In this document: piece after piece, positions 11,188 through 22,146 of the stretch
Layout of the letters: each line of letters starts with the position of its first letter
Numbering within the stretch: the first letter of the stretch is position 1
Assembly (NCBI GenBank): GCA_965213685.1
Contig: CBDBZY010000003.1
Location: 292,168 to 356,167 of the forward strand
Length of the DNA stretch: 64,000 bases
Reading direction: 5' to 3'
Source of the DNA: a bacterium
GTDB taxonomy: Bacteria; UBA8248
Made by a program: the position numbers and the translations under genes
Notes under the pieces: model-generated
What the model was told of the DNA's origin: nothing
Database searches by the model: none
Seen by the model: only the letters and a program-made list of their open reading frames with translations

Positions 11188-11766
11188 GTGCGCGCCTTTC
11201 TGGCGATTCCGTTCCGCGCCGATGCGCATCGGCTCCTGAAATCGCTTCAGGAGTCGCTGTCCACCATGCCCGCCCTCGGCGATTTTCGCTGGGTGCGGCC
11301 GGAGAACACGCACGTCACCCTGCGCTTTCTGGGCGACGTCGGCGAGGAGCGGGCGGAGGCGGCGGCGGACGCGCTGCGTCGCGCGGCAGCGGGCGCACCC
11401 ACCTTTGACGTTCCTCTGGAGCGTTTTGGCGTCTTTCCGCACCTCAGGCGTCCGGGTGCGCTCTGGGCGGGTCCCGCCGAGACGCCGGAGCCTCTCGCGC
11501 AGCTTGTGGCGCGTCTTTCCCGTCATCTGGCCGAGGCGGGGTTTCCTGCCGGGGAGGGGCGGCGCTTCCGCGCGCATGTGACGCTGGCGCGGCGCCGCTC
11601 CCGCCGTCGTCCGCCCGCGAGCATGGAGGGGGAGCTGGAGGTCGCCGAGCGGCGGTGGCTGACGCCCCCGCCCGTCTTCCGCGCGCGCGAGGCCGCGCTC
11701 TTCCGAAGCGAACTCCTCCCCTCCGGCGCCACCCACGCAGCACTCGCGCGGGTGCCGCTGGGCTAG
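11188..11766 (+). CDS. thpR: RNA 2',3'-cyclic phosphodiesterase (2H family)
   Basis: Two HxT motifs (HVTLRFLG, HVTLAR); conserved position between cinA and recA. Confidence 0.93.
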   Translation: MRAFLAIPFRADAHRLLKSLQESLSTMPALGDFRWVRPENTHVTLRFLGDVGEERAEAAADALRRAAAGAPTFDVPLERFGVFPHLRRPGALWAGPAETPEPLAQLVARLSRHLAEAGFPAGEGRRFRAHVTLARRRSRRRPPASMEGELEVAERRWLTPPPVFRAREAALFRSELLPSGATHAALARVPLG

Positions 11767-11820
11767 GCAGAGCCAGAGGACAGGGTGGGAGGATGGCGCG
11801 GCCTCGGCGCATGATCAGGG

Positions 11821-12776
11821 ATGATGCCCGATAACGGCGAGGAGGACGAGCCATGTCCGTGGGGCGGGAGAAGATTTGACGAGCTTTCCGAGGAACTGAA
11901 AGACCGACTGCGGAGCCACAAGGTTGTTGCCTACGAGATTGCCACCGAGAATGAAAACTCGATAAGAGACTTGTTCATCCGCCTGCAAGGCGGGTGGATT
12001 CTCTCCTGGATGAGTATGTCGATGGGACGTGGGAGTCCAGGCTGGCCGGCAAGTTGCATACATTTGAAGCGCGATGCAAGGAAGCGGCCAAGGCGGAGAA
12101 AGAGCACCAGGACACGGAATATGCTGGATATTATAGAGAATACGCTCAACTGACGAAGACGTCGGCTGATCAGGCGTCTACAATTCGGAGGAGGCACGCC
12201 TTTTTCGCCCAGGAAATGCTGAAGCTGCTCTCTCCGAAGAAACGGGACCCGAGGCGATCATTTACCGATTTTGAGCGGCAGGCGGTGTTCTATCGGGATG
12301 CGATGTTGTGTCAATACTGCAGGATGAGTGGAGGAGATGACCACAGGGTGTCGTGGGAAGAGGCGCAGGCGCACCACGTCCGTCCTCACAACGAGGGCGG
12401 GGCAACCAGCATCGAGAACGCGGCGCTGGTCCATCGGGATTGTCATCCGAAGGGTCCGCAGGCCGTCAGGGAATTTCAGAATTGGTGGGGGAGAAGAACC
12501 TCAAATGGACGCAGCTCCACGAATGGCGGGAGCCTCCCCCGTTCCTTTCCGCCACCGGATGGCACAAAGGCGAGGTTCCGCTATAAGCGCCGGGACTTCC
12601 ATGGGGAGATTCGGGACGGGAAGCTGGTTGTGAACGGAACGCCCTATGGAAGTTTCTCCGGTGCATCGGGGGCGGTCAGCGGCGGTAAATTCGGGAACGG
12701 ATGGAAAGCTTGGAAGTTGCAGCTCCCGGATGAGGAAGACTGGACGTTGGCCGACGAATGGAGGTGGCGGGGCTAG
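11821..12776 (+). pseudogene. Fragmented DUF262(GmrSD-like)-HNH nuclease with C-terminal RAMA-like domain
   Basis: First piece ends RDLFIRLQGG (DUF262-type C-terminal motif) and changes frame near 11994; second piece has CQYC..HHVRPHNEGGATSIENAALVHRDCH (HNH) and YGSFSGASGAVSG..NGWKAW (RAMA-like); lower GC than flanks. Confidence 0.65.
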
Positions 12777-12887
12777 AAAGTTCTTTTCCTGAAAACCCCC
12801 GCCCCCGAAGAATTCCTGGGAGGTGCCCCCTGTGCGTCTGCATGTGCCGCGAATCGTCGAATTTTTGCGGATTTTCGCTTTTTATAC

Positions 12888-12917
12888 TTGACCATCACGA
12901 GCGGATTCGCGTATATT
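12888..12917 (+). promoter_or_regulatory. Candidate sigma70 promoter upstream of recA
   Basis: TTGACC-N18-TATATT with AT-rich upstream tract. Confidence 0.55.
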
Positions 12918-12956
12918 TGGCGAAAGTGAGCCGCCGCCCTCCCGGATAGCCCGACT

Positions 12957-13039
12957 GATGCGGACGTCGGGAGGTGACGACCGCGTTCTCTCATCTCGTC
13001 GGCGTCGGGACGCCTCGATGCGGACGTCGGGAGGTGACG
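12957..13039 (+). repeat. Two identical 23-bp direct repeats, 60-bp period, in the recA leader
   Basis: GATGCGGACGTCGGGAGGTGACG at 12957-12979 and 13017-13039. Confidence 0.95.
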
Positions 13040-13148
13040 GCCGTCCCGTGCGGGTCTCGTTGCGAAGAAAGGGCAAATCCCCTACATTCGGCGCATGTCC
13101 GCCGTCGCCCGGACCGGCGCGCATTCCTTCATTCAAGGGAGTTTTCCG

Positions 13149-14243
<1,095 letters not shown>

Positions 14244-14357
14244 GAGCGAGGCTGGAAGCAGGCCGAACGCGACAGAGCGGATGAGAATCGCGCCCTAATC
14301 GGATGATTGGGGGAAAGGTCGCCTTATAAAACATCCGCCATACGAGGATTTGGTGGC

Positions 14358-15164
14358 GTGAGGTTTGATTGCTTCTACACGAATCGGGCAATCGCGGCGA
14401 AGTGTTTTGATTTCGTTCAGGAGAGTTGCGGAAAAGATTTTACTTTATGGGTTGAGCCTTCGGCGGGGGAAGGTGCGTTTCTTGATATGATGCCGGAACC
14501 GAAGATCGGGATTGATATTCAGGAATCGAAGCATCCTGAAATCAAAACGGCAAATTTTCTCGAATGGGAACCCCCGGTCAACACGGGCAAAATCATCACC
14601 ATGGGCAATCCCCCTTTTGGGAAAAACTCCAGCTTGGCGGTCAGGTTCTTCAATCATGCCGCACGTTTTTCCGATACGATAGCCATGATATTTCCGCGCA
14701 CGTTTCAGAAGGCAAGCATAATAAATCGGTTGCACAAGAATTTTCATATGATAGCCGAGATGGGTATTCCGCCTGAATCATTCACCTTATCAGGCAACCC
14801 GTATTCAGTTCCTTGTGCCTTTCAGGTATGGGGGAAAAAGGCGTCCCTAAGACCATGCCTTGATTCCCCCATGACACATACTGATTTTCATTTCACCACC
14901 ATGGACATGGCGGATTTCGCATTGCAGAGAGTCGGGGTGAATGCCGGTGCCGTGAAAATGAATATGCGAATCCTTTCCCCGAATTCGCACTATTTCATCC
15001 GGGAATGCGTTTCAGGCGTAAAGGACATACTTCAATCCATAGACTGGGGAGAAGTGAAATACAAAACGGCGGGCAATCCATCGTTGGCAAAGCCGGAGGT
15101 TGTTTCGCTTTATTCTCGATACAAGCGGGAATTGTATCATAGCACGCAACGTGTATTCACCTGA
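14358..15164 (+). CDS. Orphan SAM-dependent DNA (probably N6-adenine) methyltransferase, low GC
   Basis: Motif order DCFYT (X), EPSAGEGAF (I), GIDI, NPPF (IV); GTG start with GAGGA upstream; 14701-14760 is 23/60 G+C versus the GC-rich flanks. Confidence 0.8.
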   Translation: MRFDCFYTNRAIAAKCFDFVQESCGKDFTLWVEPSAGEGAFLDMMPEPKIGIDIQESKHPEIKTANFLEWEPPVNTGKIITMGNPPFGKNSSLAVRFFNHAARFSDTIAMIFPRTFQKASIINRLHKNFHMIAEMGIPPESFTLSGNPYSVPCAFQVWGKKASLRPCLDSPMTHTDFHFTTMDMADFALQRVGVNAGAVKMNMRILSPNSHYFIRECVSGVKDILQSIDWGEVKYKTAGNPSLAKPEVVSLYSRYKRELYHSTQRVFT

Positions 15165-15307
15165 CATACCCGAAAAAATACGACTGCTGCGCTTGACGGG
15201 GGGGATTGTCCCCTGCGGATTTGCTTCCGCGCGGACGATGGGCTAGTTAAGATGATGGAAATCGGCGCGCCAGGCGCGCAGGCGTCCACTCCAACCGGGA
15301 ACCTCTC

Positions 15308-15817
15308 ATGCCCGTTTTGGAAATTCTCACATATCCGGCGCCCGTCCTTCGCCGGAAATGTCGCCCCGTGGAGGCGATCACGGCGCGGGTGCGCGCATTG
15401 GCGGCCGCGATGCTCGACACCCTCCATGACGCCCCCGGAGTCGGCCTCGCCGCTCCCCAGGTGGGCGAGGGAATCCGTTTGATCGTGGTGGACGTCTCGG
15501 TCGGGAAGGACCCGGAGCAGGCGCATTCCCTCATCAATCCGGCGCTCGAAAGCGCGCAAGGCGAGCGGATCGTGGAGGAGGGGTGCCTCTCGCTGCCGGG
15601 CGTGAGCGAGAAGATTCGCCGACATGAAGCGGTGCGGGTGCGGGCGTGCAACTTGAGAGGCGAGGAGGTGCTCCTCGACGCGCGCGGGGTTCTCGCCTTC
15701 GCCCTCCAGCACGAGATCGATCATCTCGACGGCAGGCTCATCCTGGATCGCCTCAACAAGACGAAGCGAGAGCTCATCAAGCGGCGCCTCAAAAGGCAGG
15801 CGAGGGCCGCCTCCTAG
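15308..15817 (+). CDS. def: Peptide deformylase
   Basis: GVGLAAPQVG, EGCLS, QHEIDHLDG. Confidence 0.98.
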   Translation: MPVLEILTYPAPVLRRKCRPVEAITARVRALAAAMLDTLHDAPGVGLAAPQVGEGIRLIVVDVSVGKDPEQAHSLINPALESAQGERIVEEGCLSLPGVSEKIRRHEAVRVRACNLRGEEVLLDARGVLAFALQHEIDHLDGRLILDRLNKTKRELIKRRLKRQARAAS

Positions 15818-15910
15818 GTAGTTTCCCCCCTCTTCTGTTGTATGATCGTTTCGTGGCTGCGCAGCACGGCTCTCGCCGGCGCGTGCGCGCCCTTTCCCGG
15901 GAGTGGAGCG

Positions 15911-16858
15911 ATGCGAGCGGTCTTCCTCGGCACATCCGGGTTCGCGGTGCCGGCACTCGAGGCGCTGGCGGCGTCCCCCATGGAGATAGCGGCCGTGTTC
16001 ACGCAGCCGGACAGGCCTACGGGGAGGGGGCGGAAGCGCACCCCGCCGCCCGTCAAGGCGCGCGCCCTCGAAGCGGGGCTGCCCGTCCTGCAGCCGGAGA
16101 AAATTCGCGCGGCCGACGTCGCCGCGCACCGACCCGACGTGGGGGTCGCGGCGGCCTACGGCCAGATTTTGAGCAGGCGGCTGCTGGGCGTCCCCCGGCT
16201 GGGGGTGCTGAACCTGCATCCCTCGCTTCTCCCGCGCTGGCGGGGGGCGGCGCCCATTCCGCGCGCCTTGCTGGCGGGGGATGCCGAGACGGGAGTCTGC
16301 GTGATGCGCCTCGTGCCGGAACTCGACGCCGGGCCGGTGCTCGCGAGGCGCGCCGCGCCCATCGAGCCGAGGGATACCTCCGGCGCGCTTCACGACAGGT
16401 TGGCCGCCCTGGGTGCGGAGCTGATGGTGGCGACGCTGCGCAGGCTGGATCGTGGGGAGGCGGAGGAGAAGCCCCAGGATGAATCGCTGGTCACCTACGC
16501 GGAGAAGCTGCGAAAAGAGGAGGCCAGGCTCGACTGGAGCCTGTCGGCGCGCCGTCTCGACAGGCTGATCCGGGGGTTCAACCCCTGGCCGGTGGCCGAG
16601 ACGGAGTGGCCGGGCCTGCCGAACGGGCCGGTGCGTATATGGCGGGCCTGTCCGCTGGCGGGCGCGCCTGCGGGCACCGCCGGCGAGATTCTGGGAATGG
16701 CCGAATCCCCCGAGGGGGAGGGCATCCGCGTGTCCACGGGCGCGGGCGATTTGGTGATTCTGGAGCTCCAGCCGCCGGGCAGGAGGAAGATGGACGCGCC
16801 GTCTTTCGCCAGGGGGTATCCGTGCCGGCCCTCCCTCGTGCTCGGAGATGGGCGGTGA
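15911..16858 (+). CDS. fmt: Methionyl-tRNA formyltransferase
   Basis: VFTQPDRP.GRG, NLHPSLLPRWRGAAPI, LDAGPV, PWPVA. Confidence 0.97.
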   Translation: MRAVFLGTSGFAVPALEALAASPMEIAAVFTQPDRPTGRGRKRTPPPVKARALEAGLPVLQPEKIRAADVAAHRPDVGVAAAYGQILSRRLLGVPRLGVLNLHPSLLPRWRGAAPIPRALLAGDAETGVCVMRLVPELDAGPVLARRAAPIEPRDTSGALHDRLAALGAELMVATLRRLDRGEAEEKPQDESLVTYAEKLRKEEARLDWSLSARRLDRLIRGFNPWPVAETEWPGLPNGPVRIWRACPLAGAPAGTAGEILGMAESPEGEGIRVSTGAGDLVILELQPPGRRKMDAPSFARGYPCRPSLVLGDGR

Positions 16859-18217
16859 GCCGCGCCTCCGCCCCGTCCGGGGAGGGCGCGCGCTCGGCCG
16901 ATCCCGTCCGGCGGGCCGCCCACGCCGCCTTGCTCTCCTTCGGGAAAACCCCGGTTCCCGCCGACCTGCTGGTGAGGCGATTCTCCGCGGCGGATTTCGA
17001 CGCGCGCGACCGGGCGTTTTTGCGCGAACTGATCTTCGGCGTCTTGCGGTGGAGAAGCCGTCTGGATTTTGTGTATGGCCATTTTTTGCGCAAACCCGGC
17101 CTGGCACCCCCCGTGCGGGAGGCGTTGCGGCTGGGAACCTACCAGCTGCTGTTCACGGATCGCGTCCCCCGCGCACAGCGCGGTGGATGGCGCCGTCCGT
17201 CTGCTGAGTCGCCATGATCTGGGCTGGGCGAGGGGACTGGCGAACGCGGTCTTGCGCAGGGTGGCGGCGCGCGACGTTCCCCCGCCGCGGGACGTGGAGG
17301 ATTATCTGACCCTCTGGGAGTCCCACCCGAGATGGCTGGTGAGGCGCTGGGTGCGGGAGCTCGGGGAGGAGGGGGCGCTGCGCCGCTGCCGGGCCAATAA
17401 CCGGGAGGCGCCGGTCGTCTTGCGCGCGAATACGCGGGTCGCGAGCCGCGAAGTCCTGATGGCGCAGCTCAAGCGCGAGGGCCTCGCCACGCGGGCGGGC
17501 CGCGCCGATCCCGATTGCCTGGCGTTCCTCGCGAACGAGAGCGCCCCCGGGGTGCGCTTGAGCGATACGGCGGCCTATCGGGAGGGCCAGTTTGTCGTCA
17601 TGGACGAGGCGTCGAGCCTGGCGGTGCGCTTCGCCGGCCCCGCTGCGGGGGAGAGGGTTCTGGACGCCTGCGCGGCGCCGGGAGGAAAGACGGCTTGCCT
17701 CGCCTGGGCCGCGGGGGAGGGAGGGAGCGTCGTGGCGGGGGACAGCGCGTCGCGTCGCCTCGTCCGCCTCCGGGAGAACTGTGCTAGGATTCGGGCGGAG
17801 GTGGAGATTTTGCGGATGGACGCGAGAAACCCGCCTTTTCGCCGACAATTCGACCTGGTTCTGGTGGATGCGCCCTGTAGCGGGCTGGGCGTACTCAGGC
17901 GGCACCCCGACGCGAGGTGGCGCGCGGGAGAAGGGGCGTTGGCGGCGCAGGCGGCGCGGCAGGCGGCGATTCTGCGAGGGGCGGCCAGCGCGGTGCGGCG
18001 AGGGGGCAAACTGGCGTATGCGGTTTGCTCGAACGAGCCCGAGGAAACCGAAAGCGTCGCTTCTTCTTTTCAGGAGCCCGGGTTTGTCCCCGTATGGGAC
18101 GGGGGCGCCCTTCCGGCGGGCGCGCAACAATTTCTGGGCGCCGACGGAGCGCTGCGGATCGCCCCGGAAACGGGACTGGACGGCTTTTTCGCCATGAGCT
18201 GGCGCAAAGAGGGCTAG
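16855..18217 (+). CDS. rsmB: 16S rRNA m5C967 methyltransferase (one extra C in run at 17166-17170)
   Basis: NusB-like N-terminus (LRLGTYQL..DRVP), SHPRWLV, LDACAAPGGKT, DAPCSGLGVLRRHPD; follows def-fmt. Confidence 0.93.
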
Positions 18218-18219
18218 CG

Positions 18220-19158
18220 TTGCTGCGCGGGATACTCAAGGGCCTTCTGTGGACGGCGCTCCTCGTCTCGCTCGGCGGTGCGGGCGGCGTGGCGGGGCTC
18301 TACCTGTTCCGGGGGGGAGAGGGCGTCTTCCTGCCCCAGGTCGCGGGCCTCGACGTGGTGCGCGCACTGGAGCTGCTCGGTGAGAAGGGCATACCCATGC
18401 AGGTGGCCGGGCGCGTTTTCAGCGACGCGGTGCCCATGAACCATGTCGCGCGCCAGAATCCGCCCGGCGGGCGCCGCATCCGCAGGGGGAGAATCGTCTC
18501 CCTCGTCCTCAGCAAGGGTTCGCGGGACGTGGCGGTGCCTGCGGTGCGGGGAGAAAACCTGAGCCGCGCGGAGACCCTCATCCGCCTGCAGGGGCTTCGG
18601 GTGCGCCTGGTGGAGAGATTGTTCGACCCCAGACGGCCCGTCGACCAGGTGGTGGGCGTCTGGCCGAGCGAGGGGACGAACGTCAGGCGCGGCGACGGGG
18701 TGGTTCTCGTCGTCAGCCAGGGGCCGCGCGACCGGGCGTACGTCATGCCCTCCCTCATCGGAGAGCCCGTCAACAAGGCACTTGATCGGGTGCGCGCGCT
18801 TGGCCTCTCGGCCGGGCGCGTTCGCTACGTGGATCGTCCGGGCACCCTGCGCGGCTCCATCGTTTCGCAAATACCGCCGCCCGGCCAGCGCGTCCTCGCG
18901 GGCCAGCGCGTTCACGTGGACGTGGCGCGCGGAGGGGATCAGATTGCGGGAAATTTCATCGTCCTGCGCTACCGCGTGCCGCGCGGAAGGCCGCAGCGCA
19001 AACTTCGCGTGGAGGTGGAATCGAACGGCGAGACGCGCGAGAAGCTGGCCCGCAGCGTGCGCGCGGGCGAGGAGATTCACCTGCTGGTGCGGGTGAAGGG
19101 CAGGACGACGGCGCGCATATTTCTGGATGACCGATTGGTCGAGGAGCAGGCGCATTAG
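18220..19158 (+). CDS. Membrane-anchored PASTA-domain protein
   Basis: N-terminal TM helix, three PASTA-like repeats (VP.V.G, Q.PP.G, LVVS.G); rsmB-PASTA-rpe context. Confidence 0.85.
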   Translation: MLRGILKGLLWTALLVSLGGAGGVAGLYLFRGGEGVFLPQVAGLDVVRALELLGEKGIPMQVAGRVFSDAVPMNHVARQNPPGGRRIRRGRIVSLVLSKGSRDVAVPAVRGENLSRAETLIRLQGLRVRLVERLFDPRRPVDQVVGVWPSEGTNVRRGDGVVLVVSQGPRDRAYVMPSLIGEPVNKALDRVRALGLSAGRVRYVDRPGTLRGSIVSQIPPPGQRVLAGQRVHVDVARGGDQIAGNFIVLRYRVPRGRPQRKLRVEVESNGETREKLARSVRAGEEIHLLVRVKGRTTARIFLDDRLVEEQAH

Positions 19159-19172
19159 GCGGGGAAATCGAC

Positions 19173-19850
19173 ATGCCCAGGCCCGACATGACGCCCGGAA
19201 CAATTCGCGTGGCGCCCTCTTTGCTCTCCTGTGCTTTCGAGAGAATGGGGGAGGAGATAGGCGCGGTGCGCGCGGCCGGAGCGGACTGGCTGCATTTTGA
19301 CGTCATGGACGGCCATTTCGTGCCGAACATCTCCGTGGGGCCTTTGGGGGTGCGGGCGGCGAGAAGAGCCGCCCCGGAGGCGCCACTCGACGTGCATCTG
19401 ATGATTTCGGAGCCGGACCGGTATGTCGACGCCTTCGCGGACGCGGGCGCCGACATCTTGACGGTCCACGTAGAGGCCTCGCGACACATTCACCGCACCC
19501 TCCAGAACATACGCGGGGCCGGCCTGGGCGTCGGGCTGACCCTGAACCCCGGAACGCCGCTTCTGGCGATAGAGGATTTGCTCGCGGAGGTGGACATGGT
19601 GCTTGTCATGAGCGTCAATCCGGGTTTTGGCGGCCAGGGCTTCATCCCGGCCTCACTGGAGCGCATCCGGCGCGTGCGAAAGATGGTTCAGGAGCGGGGC
19701 CTGTCGGTCCTGATAGAGGTCGACGGCGGCGTCACCCCCCGGAATGCGGCGGAGATACGCGCGGCGGGCGCCGAGGCGCTCGTGGCCGGCTCCGCCGTGT
19801 TCCGGGCGAAAGACTACGCGGAGGCCATACGCGGGATCAGGGGCGGCTGA
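19173..19850 (+). CDS. rpe: Ribulose-phosphate 3-epimerase
   Basis: HFDVMDGHFVPN, DVHLM, MSVNPGFGGQ, EVDGG, VAGSAVF. Confidence 0.98.
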   Translation: MPRPDMTPGTIRVAPSLLSCAFERMGEEIGAVRAAGADWLHFDVMDGHFVPNISVGPLGVRAARRAAPEAPLDVHLMISEPDRYVDAFADAGADILTVHVEASRHIHRTLQNIRGAGLGVGLTLNPGTPLLAIEDLLAEVDMVLVMSVNPGFGGQGFIPASLERIRRVRKMVQERGLSVLIEVDGGVTPRNAAEIRAAGAEALVAGSAVFRAKDYAEAIRGIRGG

Positions 19851-19920
19851 TCCCCCAGCCGCTTTCGGGCCGCGGCCCGTTTTCCGCGCGGGATTGTGGA
19901 GCGGCTGGACGCGCGCCCGG

Positions 19921-19950
19921 TTGACAGGCTCCCTGGAAAATCCTTATAAG
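19921..19950 (+). promoter_or_regulatory. Candidate sigma70 promoter for ffh-rpsP operon
   Basis: TTGACA-N18-TATAAG. Confidence 0.55.
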
Positions 19951-20021
19951 TTTGTTTCCTCACCCGGCCTTGCGGGGATGCAATCAAAAACACATCCGAC
20001 ATCAATCGCTTGGGGTGTTCG

Positions 20022-21356
20022 ATGTTTGACGGATTGAAGGAGCGCCTCGGCGGAATCTTCAAGGAACTGAAGAGCCGGGGCGTCCTGGGAGAAAAGCAGG
20101 TCGATTCCGCCCTCCGCGAGATTCGCCTGGCGCTGCTCGAGGCGGACGTCCATTTTCGGGTCGCCAAGGAGCTGGTGGCGAAAATTCGCGGGGATTTGGT
20201 CGGCTCCGAGCGCGTGGCGCACCTCGACCCTTCCCAGCAGGTCATCAAGGCCGTTCACGGGCGCCTTACGGAGTTGATGGGGAGCAGGAGCACGCCGCTG
20301 GCGCGCGCGTCGGGCGGCGTGACCACGCTGATGCTCGTCGGACTCCAGGGGTCGGGAAAAACGACGACGGCCGGGAAGATCGCCCGGAAACTCAGGAGCA
20401 GGGGATTGCGCGTCCTCCTGGTGCCGGCGGACGTCGCGCGGCCGGCGGCCATCGCCCAGCTGAAGAGGCTGGCTGCGCAGGCCGGCGTCGATTCGTTTGA
20501 TTCCGAGGGCATGTCGAGTCCCCTGGAGATCGTCCAGCGCGCCGCTGCGCGCGCCCGGCGGGAGCATTTTGATTACTGCATCGTGGACAGCGCGGGCAGG
20601 CTGCACGCCGATGAGGAGTTGATGGATGAGCTGGGGCGGATGAAGGAGGCGGCACGCCCCGAGGAGGTGCTTCTGGTCGCGGACGCGATGACGGGCCAGG
20701 AGGCGGTCGGCCTGGGGCAGGCGTTTTCCGAGCGGGTCGGCATCACGGGCGTCGTGCTGACGAAGCTCGACGGCGACGCCAGGGGCGGCGGGGCGCTCTC
20801 GCTGCGATCGGTGACGGGCGTGCCCGTCAAGATGGTCGGCGTGGGCGAGAAGCTCGACGCGCTCGAGGATTTTCACCCCGAGAGAATGGCCTCGCGCATC
20901 CTGGGCATGGGGGACGTCATGTCCCTCATCGAGAAGGCGGAGGCCGCCCTCTCCGCCGGGGACGCGCAGTCCGTGGCGGCGTCCTTCGGAAAAGGGGCGT
21001 TCACCCTCGAGACGATGAAAGAGCAGATACTGCAAATGCGAAAGATGGGGTCCATGGGCGATATCATGTCCATGATCCCGGGCCTGGGAGGCAGGATGCC
21101 CGACGTGGAGGTGGACGAGAGAGAGCTGGGGCGCGCGGTGGCCATCATCGATTCGATGACGCCCGGCGAGCGCAGGAAGCCCGAGATCATCAAGGGCAGC
21201 CGCAGAAAGCGCATCGCGACCGGCAGCGGAACCCAGGTGCGCGACGTGAACCGGCTGCTCAGGCAATTCTCGCAAACGCAGAAGATGATGAAGCAATTTT
21301 CCAGGGGCGGCAAGAAAAAACAGATGCAGAGAATGCGTCAGATGCTGAACTTTTGA
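20022..21356 (+). CDS. ffh: Signal recognition particle protein
   Basis: ALLEADV, GLQGSGKTT, DSAGR, TKLDGDARGG, RMASRILGMGD, M-domain. Confidence 0.98.
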   Translation: MFDGLKERLGGIFKELKSRGVLGEKQVDSALREIRLALLEADVHFRVAKELVAKIRGDLVGSERVAHLDPSQQVIKAVHGRLTELMGSRSTPLARASGGVTTLMLVGLQGSGKTTTAGKIARKLRSRGLRVLLVPADVARPAAIAQLKRLAAQAGVDSFDSEGMSSPLEIVQRAAARARREHFDYCIVDSAGRLHADEELMDELGRMKEAARPEEVLLVADAMTGQEAVGLGQAFSERVGITGVVLTKLDGDARGGGALSLRSVTGVPVKMVGVGEKLDALEDFHPERMASRILGMGDVMSLIEKAEAALSAGDAQSVAASFGKGAFTLETMKEQILQMRKMGSMGDIMSMIPGLGGRMPDVEVDERELGRAVAIIDSMTPGERRKPEIIKGSRRKRIATGSGTQVRDVNRLLRQFSQTQKMMKQFSRGGKKKQMQRMRQMLNF

Positions 21357-21367
21357 GGAGAGACACG

Positions 21368-21613
21368 TTGAGCGTGAAGATCAGACTGGCACGGGGCGGC
21401 ATGAAAAAGGCGCCGCGCTACCGCGTCGTCGTGCAGGATGGGCGCATGCCGCGCGACGGCCGCTTCATCGAGAGCATCGGGCGCTACGATCCGTCGCAGG
21501 ATCCTGCGTTTATCGGCATCGACCTCGAGAGGGCGCGGGCGTGGATAGGGAAGGGCGCCATCCCGACCCGGACGGTGCAGAACCTTCTGGACAAGGCGGG
21601 CATCAACGATTAG
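21368..21613 (+). CDS. rpsP: 30S ribosomal protein S16
   Basis: VKIRLARGG.KK.P.YRVVV.D.R.PRDGRFIE.IG.YDP. Confidence 0.97.
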   Translation: MSVKIRLARGGMKKAPRYRVVVQDGRMPRDGRFIESIGRYDPSQDPAFIGIDLERARAWIGKGAIPTRTVQNLLDKAGIND

Positions 21614-21622
21614 GGGCGCCCC

Positions 21623-22132
21623 GTGAGCGGGAAGGTGGCCGTGGGCGTCGCGTTGCGGCCGCACGGCCTGAAAGGGGCCGTCCGGGTGGAGCCCTGGCTG
21701 GACGATGTGGACGCCTACGGGCGCATCGGAGAGGTGGCGACCCGGGAGGCGCCGCCGAGAAGATTCGAGATAGAGGCCTTCCACCCCGGCGGGAAGGGAG
21801 CCGTCGTCTGGAAGTTTGCGGGAATCGATACCCCCGAGGACGCCGAGGCGCTGCGGGGGATGGTTTTTTTGGCGGACAGAAAGTTCCTCGACGGTCCCGA
21901 GAGCGGGGTGTTGTATTTTGAGGATTTCGAGGGCTGCGAAATCGTGGACGAGGCGGGCGTCCTCCTCGGCCATGTCGTGGACATGCTGGGCGCCGGGGGA
22001 AACGACGTCATCGCCATACGCGCACCGGGGGGCGGAGAGCTCCTCGTGCCCGCGACGCGCGAAGTCGTGTTGAGGCGCGAGGGCGAACGCTGGGTGTTTC
22101 GTCCCCCGAGACTGGACGGCGAGGATTGTTGA
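21623..22132 (+). CDS. rimM: Ribosome maturation factor RimM
   Basis: PHGLKG.V, GIDT.EDAE.LRG, GGNDV, ELLVP; between rpsP and trmD. Confidence 0.93.
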   Translation: MSGKVAVGVALRPHGLKGAVRVEPWLDDVDAYGRIGEVATREAPPRRFEIEAFHPGGKGAVVWKFAGIDTPEDAEALRGMVFLADRKFLDGPESGVLYFEDFEGCEIVDEAGVLLGHVVDMLGAGGNDVIAIRAPGGGELLVPATREVVLRREGERWVFRPPRLDGEDC

Positions 22133-22146
22133 GTGAGGGGAGAGGC

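Noticed and set aside
12957-13039. Mini CRISPR array (23-bp repeat, 37-bp spacer)
   Set aside because: Only two copies, no cas genes, and sequence after each copy is also partly similar, which fits a duplication better; kept as a leader-element finding.
17160-17175. rsmB frameshift as real inactivation
   Set aside because: Removing one C from the C5 run restores DRVPAHSAVD and the rest of the gene is intact; likely a read error.
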